Assembly (NCBI RefSeq): GCF_963921235.1
Contig: NC_086108.1
Location: 97,094,001-97,158,000 of the forward strand
Direction: 5' to 3'
Length of the DNA stretch: 64,000 bases
Source of the DNA: Mobula hypostoma
Lineage: Eukaryota
The notes under the pieces are model-generated. The model did no database searches, was not told the origin of the DNA, and worked only from the letters and a program-made list of their open reading frames with translations. How positions within the stretch are numbered: the stretch's first letter is position 1; every line of letters starts with the position of its first letter. Below, piece after piece: positions 51,291 to 64,000 of this stretch. The position numbers were made by a program, and so were the translations under genes.

Positions 51291-53794
51291 TTACAATATA
51301 AAAGAACAATATACAAGAGCAAAAAAAAAACCCCAAGAAAAATAGTGGGGTACAACGAAGAACTTGGGAGGAGGGACAATTGATAGGAGATGGGGGATAG
51401 TGAAGGGAGAGGGAATGGAATTGGTGGAGGAGATGGGTGTGGGGTGGGAAGAGGCTCAGAGAGTTGTTTGGGAGGGAGAGCGGCAGGTATTTCAGGCGGG
51501 TCTCCCAAGTCCGACTGGTCCCCCCTTTCCCCAGCGTGGCTGGGGTACAACTGTGCGCCTCCACGACTCGAAGCGCGGGCGCTGAAGCGAAGATGCCTGC
51601 TCCCTCATTTACATGACACATCTTAACCGCAACACAGAGATTCCCAGAGAATTGACTCGTTCCTCAGCTTGCAGGAGCCCACGTAGGGCGCTTTAATTGC
51701 CACATTTTCAACCGAACCTCGGCGATACAATGGGATGTCTTAGTCATTACCTTAATGAGCTAACACCTCTTCTTCAGCACACTCATTATCACGCCTCATG
51801 TTCCACTTTAAAAGACAGCGACTTCTGTAAAATAAATGGGAAGCTCGAAAGTTTAATATGAAAAGAGAGACCTGGGTTCTACACTACAAAATGCGGAGAG
51901 TGCATTACATTTACAGAAAATAGGCAAGTTAGTGAGCGAAGGTAGGATGTACCGCCAGACGATCAGAAGCCGCGCGACGGAGAGGAAACACTCGCTGTTA
52001 AAACCTTGCATTACTTGACCCACAGTGCTGCCTGCCTGTCAGGGTGATGAATTTTGGGTGCTGGGTTCTGAACGGCTTTAGCTGTACTGTTGATGGGCTT
52101 TGAAAGGGATTGCAACAGGGGCAGTCCTCATTTAAAGCGAGAATTGAGGTTTTTATGTCAAAAGAGAAAGAGGCGACTGGCTATTTATTCCGTCCCCTGG
52201 AAGCGGTGCGCCAGCTAGCCGGTCAACGCAGTTGTTGGCTCCGATCTGTGCAGTCACTTCAGCCTCAAATTTAGAGCTAAATTCGATTATTTTCGACCTC
52301 GGCAATCCATTCTCAAACAGTTAAACACAAAGAATCATGCAATTTAACCGGCTTTTATGCCGTTGTATAAGTACTTCGACCTATTTCAATAGTGAAGCAC
52401 CCGTTATTGTAACTTTGACATGTTTGCAAATATCCATCGACTTATGGATCCTGTTGCAATTGTATTAAGCTTGGATGTTCAATATGAAACTGAATTCTGA
52501 GTCATTAAAACAAACGACACTCGCTTTCTCTCCTCTTAGATAATGAAGTGTACTATAATGATTTCATTTGACCATTTCAAATGACATGAATCAACGTATT
52601 GACCAGGGGTTTTAACCATTCACTGAACGCCAGAAATCTTAATTTCACCCCACGGTGTTTGAAAGGCAAAATGAACAAAAATCGAATTGATTTTGAATAA
52701 CTATACCACATGCTATATTAACAAACACTTGCCAGTGAATGACAAATTTACATACACATGATGTCAGCCGGCAATATTTTGCAGCCTTAATTGGTTTGGC
52801 TTGCGGCGTTCTGTGTCAAAATGGAGCGTGCTGCCTCCCTCGAGTTTCTCTGCAACAGTTTTATTCCACCCCGTGTCTGCATCCTCTTTAATGTAGTGTC
52901 CATCCAGGAAGTTAGTTAATTATTGATGTCAACATTGAAGCAATAACACTAAACAAATAAACGAAAGCGAGTGAGATATTTACATGGGGACCGGCTGTAT
53001 AAATAATACAATTAGTGTTAATATTGCAATAACCTGTTTATTGAAGATTCAAGATTGTTTAATGTCATTTCCAGTACGCAAGTGTAAAGGAGAACGGAAT
53101 AATTGTTACTCGGGATCCGATGCAGCACAAAACAAACACAATCAGATAAGGAACACAATGATAAACAACACAGTAAATATAAATATGTAAAATAGCGTAT
53201 ATACATACGATATCTGACAGGAAACGATAAAGTAGTGGTGGTGTGGATTATTAGATAGAGGCGTTGATCAGCTTTACTGCTTGGGGATAGTGACTATGTA
53301 GCCTCCTCCCTGACGGAAGTGGGGCAAACTCTACATGAGCAAGATGGGTGAGATCTTTCACGATGTGACTGGCCCTTTTCTGTATGTCCCTCACTGATGT
53401 AGGCTGGGCTGGTGCCCAGCAGGCCAAGCAGCATCTATGGAGATTTTGATACAGGGTCTTGACCTGAATGATCGACTATTCCTTTGCCCCCACAGATGAT
53501 TCTTGAACCTCTGAGTTCTTCCAGAAGAGTTCTTTTGCACTGGATTCCAGCATCTGCTGTCCCTTATATTTCCAAGTTTAAATAAAAACTCTTAATAGAT
53601 TTGTAGAAGTGTGAAGAAACCAATTGGGCATACTGGCTGCTTTTAACTTGAATGGTTAATGGTCATGGAAGTATCTAATTAGCATTTAGATTATTCATTA
53701 TTAATTACTTTTGCTTTGCTCCTTGGGAGTGGGAGAATGGAGTAAAATGAATCTACAATAACAAGGGGTGGTCAGTTGTGGAGTAATTACTTCA

Positions 53795-54020
53795 TTTATT
53801 TCGAGATAGTGCATGGTTAACAATCTTTTTGGCCCAATGAGCCAGTGTTGTCCAATTACACCCCTGTGACCAATTAACCTATTAACTTGTACATCTTTGG
53901 AATGTGGGAGGAAACACATGCGGTCACAGGGAGAACGTACAAACTCCTTACACAGAGAGCGGCGGGAATTGAACTGGGTCACTGGCATTGTAGAGCACTA
54001 TGCTAACTGCTAAGGTACTA
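53795..54020 (-). mobile_element. V-SINE-like SINE
   Basis: gggagaacgtacaaactcc...gggaattgaac. Confidence 0.8.
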
Positions 54021-55404
54021 TAGTTTGAAAACTATATTTCAATTGTTCCCATTAAATCACAGAGTGCAATTTTATTTTACAACAGAGCTTTACCTTTGCA
54101 CCTGAATCAGCAGGGTATCTGATGACTACTCCACCACTTTAGGGATCTGATTCACAGCTCTGGAAAGTAAGGGGGGGATGGGGTTAAATTTAAACTCCCA
54201 AAAAATTACTAAAATTGCATTAGGGTTCTTGGGCAACTTCAGTAATAGTTCATTACAAGTTGGTAACCAACATGGGGTTTTGCTTGTGTTGGTAGCAGGG
54301 ATGGGGGAGGAACACTGATGCTGTACTCTTGGGCTGATAATTAAGTTCGGTTTCTTGTCATCAGGTGGATGTGTATGTGCTGATAATGACGACGAGTGTC
54401 TCATTCTCCAGTATTTGGAAATATTTAATTGTTAAATAGAAGTACAAAGGGAAGTGCATCAAATGCTAGGCTTGAAAGACTAAGCAGCAAAACCTGCCCT
54501 TATACATTGTCAATGGCCGCGCTGAAATCTCTCTGAATCTACTTCAAGCAAATGATTATTCTTTACAGCAGGTCATTACATTAGTAGTTGCAGGACGTGA
54601 GTGACAGCAGCACTTTGGAAGGTAGGCCAACAAGTTTTAATTCATTGGTGGCACATAGATAGCACTGCTAAGGCCAGAAAGCATTGCTAGTGGATGATAG
54701 CCTTTGGGACTCTTTTACAATCCTATTCTGAGCTACAGTGAACTGTGTGGGGACAGCACCCCAACAATGCTTACTGAAGATGACTTCCTACATCTAGTTC
54801 CAAACTAGGATGGTGTATTACCTAAAGCAGTAGTCTACTGTAGATGGAGATGAGAGGTTTGTGAGATGCTGTTGAAGAAACCTCAGCCATTTGCCACATC
54901 TAATCCTTTGCTTATTTATATTTTTTGTGTTTTTATTATTGTGCTCTTGATATTATTGTGTTCTTCTGTGTTGCATCAGATCTGGAGTTACAATTGCTAC
55001 ATTCTCCTTTACACTAGTGTACATGGCATTGAACAATCTTAAGCTTCACCTCCAGCAGCTTGGTGGCACTGCAGATGCTGGTTGCAAGAAGCGCTGTTGA
55101 AGTGGTTCCTGATCAGACCAAAAACTGGAAAAGAGTTTCACACTGTAGACATTGCAAGGTACTTTCAGGGAAGTTTTCTTTATATCAAATGATGAATGTT
55201 GAGCTTTGTTACTCTCAGTAATTCCTTAAAAAATGTTTTCAGTGCCTTTTGCATACATTGTGATTCCATCACAGAAAATAGTGCATCATCAATGGTTTGA
55301 GGCCAGTTGTAATTGAACCATTTCTGGCGAAAGCCTAGTACTTAGTATTGACCCCACCAATATTAGACCTCTTTAAAAAAACAATTATAAGACCATATGA
55401 TATA

Positions 55405-55650
55405 CAGTACTCTGCAAAAGCCTTAGGTATAGATATATAGCAAGGGCACCTAAGACTTTTGCACAGTACTGTATATTGGTTAAAATAGGAAGGTGGTTGG
55501 GAAACAGAAATAAGTGTACTTAGCTTCGAATTCACTCATCAGTGGTCTTGCATTATTTGGTAACTGGAAAGACATCATATACAGTACTGTGCAAAAATCT
55601 TAGGCATCCTCGCTATATATGTATGTGCCTAAGACTTTTGCACAGTACTG
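55405..55650. mobile_element. Compound Tc1/mariner-type MITE (two palindromic ~67-bp units plus core)
   Basis: CAGTACTGTGCAAAAG...CTTTTGCACAGTACTG units at 55405-55471 and 55582-55650, flanked by TA. Confidence 0.8.
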
Positions 55651-56050
55651 TAGGAGCAGAATTATACCAGATACCCAAATGAATCTGCTTCACCATTCAG
55701 TCAGGCTAATTTTATTTTTTTTAGACCTCATTCTCCTATTTCCTCCCTGAAACCCTTAAACTCCCTTTCCAGTCAAGAACCTATCAATCTCTACCTTACG
55801 TACATCTAATGATTTGGCTTCCACAGCTATTCTCTGGCTGAAGAAATTTTTCCTCGTCTCACTTTTAAAGTGATGTCCTTTTAATTTTGAGGCTGTGCCC
55901 TCGAATCTTAGGCTCTCCTACTAATGTAAACATCTTCTCCACACCCACTCTACCAGGCCTTTTAGTATCTGGTAGGTTTCAGTGGGACTCCTCCCCTTTC
56001 TAAATTCCATCAAGTATAGGCTCAGGGACAAATGCTCCTCATAGGTTAAT
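55651..56050 (-). mobile_element. CR1 3' fragment
   Basis: Similar to 47505-47930 (tcaagaacctatcaat...gaagaaatttttcctc). Confidence 0.75.
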
Positions 56051-56089
56051 TGTTGTCTACTATATTTGTATAGTATACTATACCATACT

Positions 56090-58450
56090 ACGCTGATTCT
56101 TTCAAAGGCAGAAGAGGTGGGGTATGCTTTATGATCAACTGCTTGTGTACGAACGTGGTGATGCTGTCCCAGTACTGCTCACCCCATGTGGGACATCGCA
56201 CAATCAAGTGGTATCCATTTTGTCCGCCGAGGGAGTTTTCAGCCATCATCTTGGTAGCGGTGTCCATCCCACCTCAAGCTCTAGATGAACTGAACAACAT
56301 AATAAGCAGGCATGAAAGAGTGCATCCTGATGCCTTGCTCATCTTTCTGGGGGGTTATTAACCAGGCCAGCTTGAAATAATTATTACCAACATATCACTT
56401 ACGGAACCGGAGGAGCTAACACATGGACCATTGTTATTCTACTATCAAGAATGCATACCCACATTTTGGAAAATCTAATCACCCGGCTGTACTTCCACTT
56501 CCTGAGTATAGGCAGAAACTGAAGACAATAGCACCAGTAATGAGAATCAAGAAGGCATGGACAAAGGAGGCACTGGAGTGCTTACTGGACTACTCTGAGT
56601 CGGTGGACTGGACTGTATTCAGGGATTCATCTTCGAGTCTGAATGAGAATGCCATTGCTGTTACTGACGTCATTAAAACCTGTGTGGATGAGTGTTTGCC
56701 TTCGAGGACATACCGTACATACACAAGCCATGGATAAACCAGGTAATTCTGATGAAGTCTAGATCTGTGTCATTCAAATCTGGTGATTCAGGGCTACAAA
56801 AGAAGGCCAGGTACAACTTACAGAGGGCTCACTCAAGAGCAAGAGGCTAGAGGCGGAATTGGATGCACAAAAGCTCCAGCAGGGTTTGCAGGCCATTACT
56901 TCCAGCAATGAGAAACCTAACATCGTGAATGGCAGTGACGTTTTTCTCCCAGATGAGCAAAACGCCTTTTATGCTCGCTTTGAAAGGGAGAATAATACTA
57001 CAGCTGTGGGGATCTCTGCACCACCTAATGACACTGTGATCTCTGTCTTGGAGGCCAACATCTTTCTAGAGGGTGAACCTTTGCAAGGTGACAGGCCTAA
57101 TGTGGTATCAGGTAGGGCTCTGAAAATCCGTGCCAGCTACTGGTGGGTGTGTTCAAAGACATTTTCAGTCTCGCATTATGACAGTAGGAAGTTCCCACCT
57201 GCTTCAAAAGGGCAACAATCACATCAGTGCCCTAGACGAGCAGGGTGAGCTGCCTTAATGACTATCATGCAGTAGCACACACATCTACCATGATGAAGTG
57301 CTTTCAGAAATTGGTCATGCCCAAATTCAACTCTTGCCTAAGCAAAGACTTGGACCTGCTGCAATTTGCCTATCACCACAATAGACCTACTGTGGATACA
57401 ATCTCACCGGCTCTCCACTTGGCCTTGGGTCAGCTGGGCAATAGTGATACCTAGGTCAGCCTGCTGTTTATTGATTATAGCTTTGTGTTCAACACCATCA
57501 TACCCTCAGTACTAATCAACAAACTTCAAATCCTGGTCCTCCGTACCTCCGCCTGAAACTGGATCCTTCACTTCCTCACCAGAAGACCACAGTCTGTGCA
57601 ATCAGAATTAACTTCTCCACCTCGCCAATAATCAAGGATTACCTCAAGGGTGTGTGCTTAGCCCACTGCTTTACTCTCTCTATACCCATGACTGTGGGGC
57701 TAGGCACAGGTCGAATGCCAGCTATAAATTTACTGATGACACACCAATTGTTGGCAGAATTTCAGATGGAGATGAGAGGCATACAGGAGTGAGATATATC
57801 AGCTAGTTGAGTGTTGTCACAGCAACAACTTGGCACTAACACCAGTAAGACCAAAGAACTGATTATGGACTTTAGAAAGGGTGAGGTGAGGGGACACGCA
57901 CCAGTCTTCATAGAAGAGTCAGCAGTGGAAAGAGAGAGCAATTTCAAGTTGCTGGGTGTCAACCTCTCCGAGGATCTATCCTGGACCCAACATATCGATG
58001 CAGTTACAAAGAAGGCACAACAGCGGTTATATTTCATTAGGATTTGGTACGCCACTAAAGACATTCACAAATTTCTACAGATTTACTGTGGAGAGCATTC
58101 TAACTGGTTGCATCACCATCTGGTACGGTGGGGGGAGGGTGGGGGTTGTTGTGCACTGCACAGGATCAAGATAAGCTGCAGAAAGTTGTAAACTCAGCCA
58201 GCTCCATTATGAACATGAGGGCTCCCCATCACCCAGGACATCTTCAAGGCGGGATCCATCATTAAGTTCCCCCATCACCCAGGACATGCCCTCTTCTCAT
58301 TGCTACCATCAGGAGGAGGTACAGAAGCCCGAAGTCACACACTCAATGATTCAGGGACAACTTCTTCCCCTCTGCCATCTGATTTCTGAATGGACATTGA
58401 AGCCATGGACATTACCTCACTATCTTGCTACTTTATTTTTTGCACTACTT
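56090..58450 (+). pseudogene. Near-full-length decayed Rex1/Babar ORF (APE endonuclease + RT + C-terminus)
   Basis: PREFSAIILVAVSIPP, DHCYSTIKNAYPHFGKSNHPAV, VDWTVF, MKCFQKLV...LQFAY, TKELIMDFRK, TNFYRFTVESILTGCITIWYG, with many frameshifts. Confidence 0.88.
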
Positions 58451-59094
58451 ATCCTCTAAGTCTAGGTTTAACCTGTGTAACCTATTATAAGTCAACCCCT
58501 ACTTCCTGGACTTAACTTTTCGGGGACTTCACTGGATTCTTTGCAGTGTAACCACATCCCTCCATAAATAAAGAGGCTAAAACTGAACAATACGACAAGC
58601 CTAGAATCATCAACTGTTGGAGTGAGACCTCCTTACCTTTATAATCCATTTCATTTGCTTGTTAATTGCTTGTTCTTGCTGTATGCAAACCTTTCTATGT
58701 AAGAAGATACCTAGATTTTTCCATGCAATTGCATTCTGTATTCTTTTTCCATTTAAGCATTATTCAGAGTTTGCATTCTTCCTATCGCTTCCCCATAAAA
58801 TAAACCACATGCCAATTTTTTTTTTCACCGACTTACTACAGATCTTGACACATCCTACCCTCCTCATCTTATTCTGGCTTTTGCCCCCTTCCTTTCCATC
58901 CTGATGAAGACTCTTGCCCTGAACACCAGCTGTTTATTCCTCTCCATGGATGTTCCCTGACCTGCTGAGCTCCTCCACCATTTTCTGTGTTGTTTATGAT
59001 TTGCTGCCCTCAGCAAAACTTTTTTGCTACCTGCCTTTGTAGGATCAGTAAATCTGGCTATGGTAGACATCACCCTTTCGTCTAAGTCATTTAG

Positions 59095-59600
59095 ACTATA
59101 AGACCATAAGACATGGGAGCTGAATTAGGCCATTTGGCCCATCGAGTCTGCTCCTCCATTCAATCATGGCTGATCCCTTTTTCCTCTCCTTAGGCCCACT
59201 CCCCGGTCTTCTCCTCATAACTTTTGATGCCATGGCCAATCAAAAGCCTATCAGTCTCCACCATAAATACGCCAACCACCTGACCTCCACAGCTGTCTGT
59301 GGTAATGCATTCCACAAATTCACTACCCTCTGAAATTCCTTGGCATCTCTGTTTTAAATGGATAATCCTCTATCCTAAGGCTGTGCCCTCTTTTCCTAGG
59401 CTCCTCCACCAAGGAAAACATCCTTTCCACATCTACTCTGTCTAGGCCTTTCAACATTCAAAATGTTTCAATGAGATCCCCCCCACCCCCCATCCTTCAA
59501 AATTCCAACGAGTACTGGCCCAGAGCCATTAAATATTCCTCATATGATAAGCTTTTCATTCCTGGAATCATCCTTGTGAACCTCTTCTGAACCCTTTATA
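59095..59600 (-). mobile_element. CR1 3' fragment
   Basis: taagaccataagacatgggagctgaattaggcc tail. Confidence 0.8.
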
Positions 59601-59973
59601 TAGACTGTGAATAGTTGCGGCCACTACATTGATCATTGTGGCACTTCACCTATGACATTTTGCTAACCTGAAGATGTCATATTTATCCCCTGTAATGATA
59701 AAAACAATTAGAAATCTCTGGAAATGCTCCACAGGCTAGGTTGCATATGTGAAAAAAAGAAATAAGAGGCCCTTTGACAGGTCTCCAATGTAAAATATTA
59801 ACTGTTTCTCTTCCCACAGGTGCAGCCTGACTTGCTGGGTATTTCCAGCCTTTTCTATTTTTATCTTGGCTTTTCAGCAGTTCTTGATATTTACATTTAC
59901 CCTTGTGTTTTCAATAAGAAAGTCTCTCTTTGCCAATGTCTTTCCTCGCAATAAAAGGGGATCTTACCCTTTA

Positions 59974-60209
59974 CAGTACTGTGCAAAAGTCTTAGGCACA
60001 TATATATATATATCTAAGGCGCTTAAGAATTTTGCACAGTATTGTATATTTCTTCTTTCCAGTTACCAAATAACACTTAATACTACTGAGCTAAGTACTC
60101 TTATTTATGTTTCCCAACCACATTCCTGTTTTAACCAATATACAGTACTGTGCAAAAGTCTTAGGCACCCTAGCTATATATATGTGCCCCTGACTTCTGC
60201 ACAGTACTG
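59974..60209. mobile_element. Second copy (inverted) of the compound MITE
   Basis: Palindromic units 59974-60044 and 60143-60209; the core is the reverse complement of 55472-55581. Confidence 0.8.
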
Positions 60210-60244
60210 TACATGTAATCCGTTCCAAATCTAATCATTCACTG

Positions 60245-61070
60245 AGCTGCCCACACCAGTCCTCATTAAGGGGTCCGAGGTGGAGAGGGTCAGTCAATTT
60301 AAATTCCTATCTGAGGATCTTTCCTAGGGCCAACATGTAAGCACCATCACAAAGACAGGACAACAATGCCTCCACTTTCTTAGAAGTTTGTGTAGATGCG
60401 ACATGTCACCAAAAACTTTGACAAACTTCCATAGGTGTGCAGTGGAGAGTATCCTAACTGATTGCTTGATAGCCTGGTATGGAAACACAAATGCCCAGGA
60501 ATGGAAAGGTCTCCGGAGAGTGATGGATAGAACCCAGTCCATCACAGGCAAGGTCCTCCCCACCATTGAGCACATTTACAAGGATCGCTGCCACAGAAAA
60601 ACATCATCCATCATCAAGAGCCTCTACCATCTGGGCCAGGGGTTCCCAACCTGGGGTATGTGGACCCCTTGGTTAATGGTTGGGATCCATACGATAAAAA
60701 ATGTTGGGATCCCCTGATCTAGGCCATACTCTCTTCTCTCTAACACCATCATGAAACGCCTGGAAGAACAAGAGCCTTAGTTACTACACCACCAGGTTCA
60801 GGAACAGTTACTACCTTTCAACCATCAGGGTCCTGAACCAACATGAGTAACTTCACTCACCACAACTCTGAACTGCTTCCACGTTCAAGGACTGTACAAC
60901 ACATGCTATCAGTATTATTTGTCTTTTATTTGCCCAACTTATCTTATTTTGTACATTGGTTGTTTGTCAGTCTTTGTTTATGTATAGTTTTCATGAATTC
61001 TATTGTATTTCTTTATTTTCCTGTAAATGCCTGCAAGAAAATAAGTCTTAAGGTAGTATATATGACAAGT
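60245..61070 (+). mobile_element. Rex1/Babar 3' fragment
   Basis: SPKTLTNFHRCAVESILTDCLIAWYG... Confidence 0.85.
60637..60716. mobile_element. 80-bp hAT/Charlie-like MITE (same family as 3021-3101)
   Basis: TIRs caggggttcccaac / gttgggatcccctg; TSD atctgggc/atctaggc. Confidence 0.85.
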
Positions 61071-61074
61071 TGCT

Positions 61075-61515
61075 TTCTCATTGCCTGTTACGCCTGCTGG
61101 CACTTGGGGCAGCAATGAAGGTCCTCCATCTCTGTCTGTCCACAGTCCAAAAACAAATTTTGGTCTTGTTCAGGGCTTCCTTCATCATGCCAGTAGCTTT
61201 CTTGTGGTTTTCATTACTGTCAGCCATACGAGTCCCAGAGGGAGACTGAGGAATACTGTTGCACACAGGTGTAGAAGGATTCTTCATTGCTTTTTTTGTA
61301 ACGGTTTTGTTTGACCAGTCAGGGTTGTTCACCCTGAGCTGAATCCCCAAACCTGGAAGACCGGTGGACCACTTTTAGTCTGGTTTATATCCTTTGGCCT
61401 GTTTGGCATGGGTGACCCTATCAAGGCACAAGGCCCCGACTCCAGTCAGCATAGCTCTCTGGGTCATTGAGGCAGACAATCTCCTAAACCATGGCAAGGT
61501 TGTGCTCATCTTGGA
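61075..61515 (-). mobile_element. RTE-derived non-autonomous element (5' and 3' ends fused)
   Basis: Minus strand: RTE-like 5' text (gcctcaatgacccagagagctatg...gggtcacccatg) joined to a DRQRWRTFI-type 3' end; inserted in the Rex tail. Confidence 0.55.
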
Positions 61516-61701
61516 GGTGTGACATATACGTACTTCGATAATAAATCTACCTTGTCTTTGAGTTACTTTGACTTTGAAATGACAAGTGAAGATCTGAATA
61601 CATCTACATTTTGTTCATCTTCCTTGACATATCTTCGAAGAATTCTTTTTGTCCAAACCTATTTGTTTTTCATAAAACCATCTTGAGTTGGCTTGAATGT
61701 A

Positions 61702-61768
61702 CAGTACTGTGCAAAAGTCTTAGATTTATCTGTATAGCAAGGGTGCCTAAGACATTTGCACAGTCCTG
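61702..61768. mobile_element. Solo palindromic Tc1/mariner-type mini-MITE
   Basis: ta-CAGTACTGTGCAAAAGTCTTAG...CTAAGACATTTGCACAGTCCTG-ta. A decayed solo copy also occurs at ~62845-62902. Confidence 0.8.
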
Positions 61769-62199
61769 TAGTAATTTTATGTATTGCACTATACTGCTGG
61801 CACAAAAAAAAACAAATTTCATCTCATATGTGAGTGATGATAAAGCTGATTCTGATATGGGTCACTATTGTGGACTGGGAGTGGGAAGGGGACAGGGAGA
61901 GGGGGATCATGGTTGAGAAAGGTGGAACAGGGAGGGGAGGAAGTGGGAAGCACCAGAGAGACATTCTTTAATGATCAATAGAACAATTAGACCATAAGAA
62001 ATAGGAGCAGCATTAGGGCATTCAGCCCATCACACGCTCTGCCATTTCAATATGGCTGACCCCAGATCCAACTTGTTTGGAATCAAATAACCTTGCCTGA
62101 TGTCTCAGGGCAGGGTGTGTCTGCACTTGCACCACACCTTGCCACTCATTCCCTGCCACCTGACCAACACCCTTCCTGTGACACTGCACCCTCGCCACT

Positions 62200-62830
62200 C
62201 CCAAAATCCTTTACTCCCACCAGATGTACAAACTCATTCTCTGGTCCACCACCAGCTGTGGTCTGTACATACCAGCTGTAGTGAAAAAGGCACAACAGCA
62301 CCTCTTTCACCTCAGGCGGTTGAGGAAGTTTGGTATGGGCCTCCAAATCCTAAGAACTTTCTACAGGGGCACAATTGAGAGCATCCTGACTGGCTGCATC
62401 ACTGCCTGGTATGGGAACTGTACCTCCCTTAATCGCAGGACTCTGCAGAGAGTGGTGCGGACAGCCCAGCGCATCTGTAGTTGTGAACTTCCCATGATTC
62501 AGGACATTTATAAAGACAGGTGTGTAAAAAAGGCCTGTAAGATCATTGGGGACCCGAGTCACCCCAACCACAATCTATTCCAGCTGCTACCATCTGGGAA
62601 ACGGTACCGCAGCATAAAAGCCAGGACCAACAGGCTCCGGGACAGCTTCTTCCACCAGGCCATCAGACTGATTAACTCACGCTGATTTGAGTGTACTCTA
62701 TGTTACATTGACTGTTCTATTTATTATAAATTACTATGATTGCACATTACACATTTAGACAGAGACGTAAGGTAAAGATTTTTACTCAAGTATGTGAAGG
62801 ATGTAAAAAATAAAGTCAATTCAATTCAAT
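62200..62830 (+). mobile_element. Well-preserved Rex1/Babar 3' end
   Basis: VVKKAQQHLFHLRRLRKFG...FYRGTIESILTGCITAWYG...LLPSGKRYRS...SFFHQAIRLINSR in one frame; (caatt)n tail. Confidence 0.88.
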
Positions 62831-62984
62831 TACATTGACAAATGCAGTAGTGTGCACCCTAGTTATACACAGTATATGTGCTTAGACTTTTGCATTGTAC
62901 TGTATTATAATGATATAAGTAACTCACTATTAAAAGGATTCAAGGATTTTCTCAGTGTTAGGTTGAGGTGAGAGACTATACTGT

Positions 62985-64000
62985 CGATGCAGGAATCTGG
63001 AGCAACACACAAAATGCTGGAGGAAGTCATTAGGTCAGGTGGCAACTTTTGGAGAGTCAGCACTTTAGACTGAACCCCTTGATCAGTCCAGGTGATGGGT
63101 GTCGACCTAAAGATTAGTTTTATTTTTCACATATGTATTGAAACATCGAGTGAAACACATCATTTGTGTCATATCAAATCAGCGAGGATTGCGTTGGGCA
63201 GTCCGCAGCAAATGTCGCCGCACCTCTGGTCCCAACATAGCATGCTCACTACACACAGACTCTGACTGTACACCTTTGCAATGTGGGAGGAAATCCACAC
63301 GGTCATGGGGAGAATATACAAATTCCTTACAGACCGTGGTGGGAATTGAACTCTGATATGTGATCGCTAGCTGCTGTGCCACTGTGCTGAAATATCAACT
63401 CTCCATTTCCCTCCACAGATGCTGCCTGACTTGCCGAGTTCCTTGTGTACTTGTGTGTTGCTTCAAATGTTAGGTTATCTGGCCAGTGTAACTAACTGTC
63501 TTGATGAAAGGTTGCGGCCTGAAATGCCAACTGTTTAATCTTCTCCCTAGATACTGCCTGACTTGCCGAGTTCCTGCAGCATTTTGTGTGTGTTGCTCTG
63601 GATTTCCAGCGTCTGAAGAATCTCTTGTGCTTATGGTTTACAGCTTTCTGTGTCCATCCTTTCCTTATCTAGGAACCTCCCCTGTCCTTTCAAGAATATA
63701 AAGAACTTCGTCAGATCATTGCAAAAGCATTTCCAATCATTTGCAGTTGCTATTTTAATAAAATATTTGGGGGGTGGGGTTGGTTGTGGGGCAACTGAAC
63801 GGGATCAAAATAAGCTGCAGAGAGTTGTAAACTTAGTCAGCTCTATCATGGCACCAGCCTCCGTAGTATCCAGGACATCTTCAAGGAGCAATGCCTCAAA
63901 AAGGCGGCTTTTATTATGTATTGCATTGTACTGCTGCCACAAGGACAACCAATTTCATGACATATGCCGATGATATTAAACCTGATTCTGATTCTGATTC
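62985..64000. mobile_element. Mixed Penelope termini, antisense V-SINE (~63110-63390) and Rex 3' tail
   Basis: gatgctgcctgacttgccgag units; SINE core; cctgattctgattctgattc tail. Confidence 0.7.

Noticed and set aside
56090..58450. Active or domesticated reverse-transcriptase gene
   Set aside because: Numerous frameshifts and stops, and a degenerate catalytic motif region.

Overview
Vertebrate genomic DNA, most likely from a cartilaginous fish (inferred from the repeat families present: V-SINE/HE1-type SINEs, shark-type CR1 tails, Rex1/Babar, Penelope and DeuSINE-like elements). The only host gene is barhl2, a BarH-like homeobox gene on the + strand with 3 coding exons: join(33904..34417, 35948..36173, 37568..37859), 343 aa. 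It lies in a ~25 kb transposon-poor block (~17.6-42.5 kb), part of which retains CpGs, and which looks like a developmental regulatory domain. Both flanks are dense, nested transposon debris. The most notable structures are: (i) a CR1 > hAT-MITE > Penelope triple nest with both target-site duplications readable; (ii) a minimal hammerhead-ribozyme motif with an intact catalytic core in that Penelope copy, plus several decayed relatives; (iii) a ~240-bp compound MITE made of two complete palindromic mini-MITEs around a shared core, present twice and apparently mobilised as a unit; (iv) an ancient DeuSINE-like relic and a strong CTCF-like site upstream of barhl2. Family names come from recognising motifs by eye, not from database searches. 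Repeat boundaries are approximate unless TSDs/TIRs are quoted. I see no evidence for a wholly new gene system.
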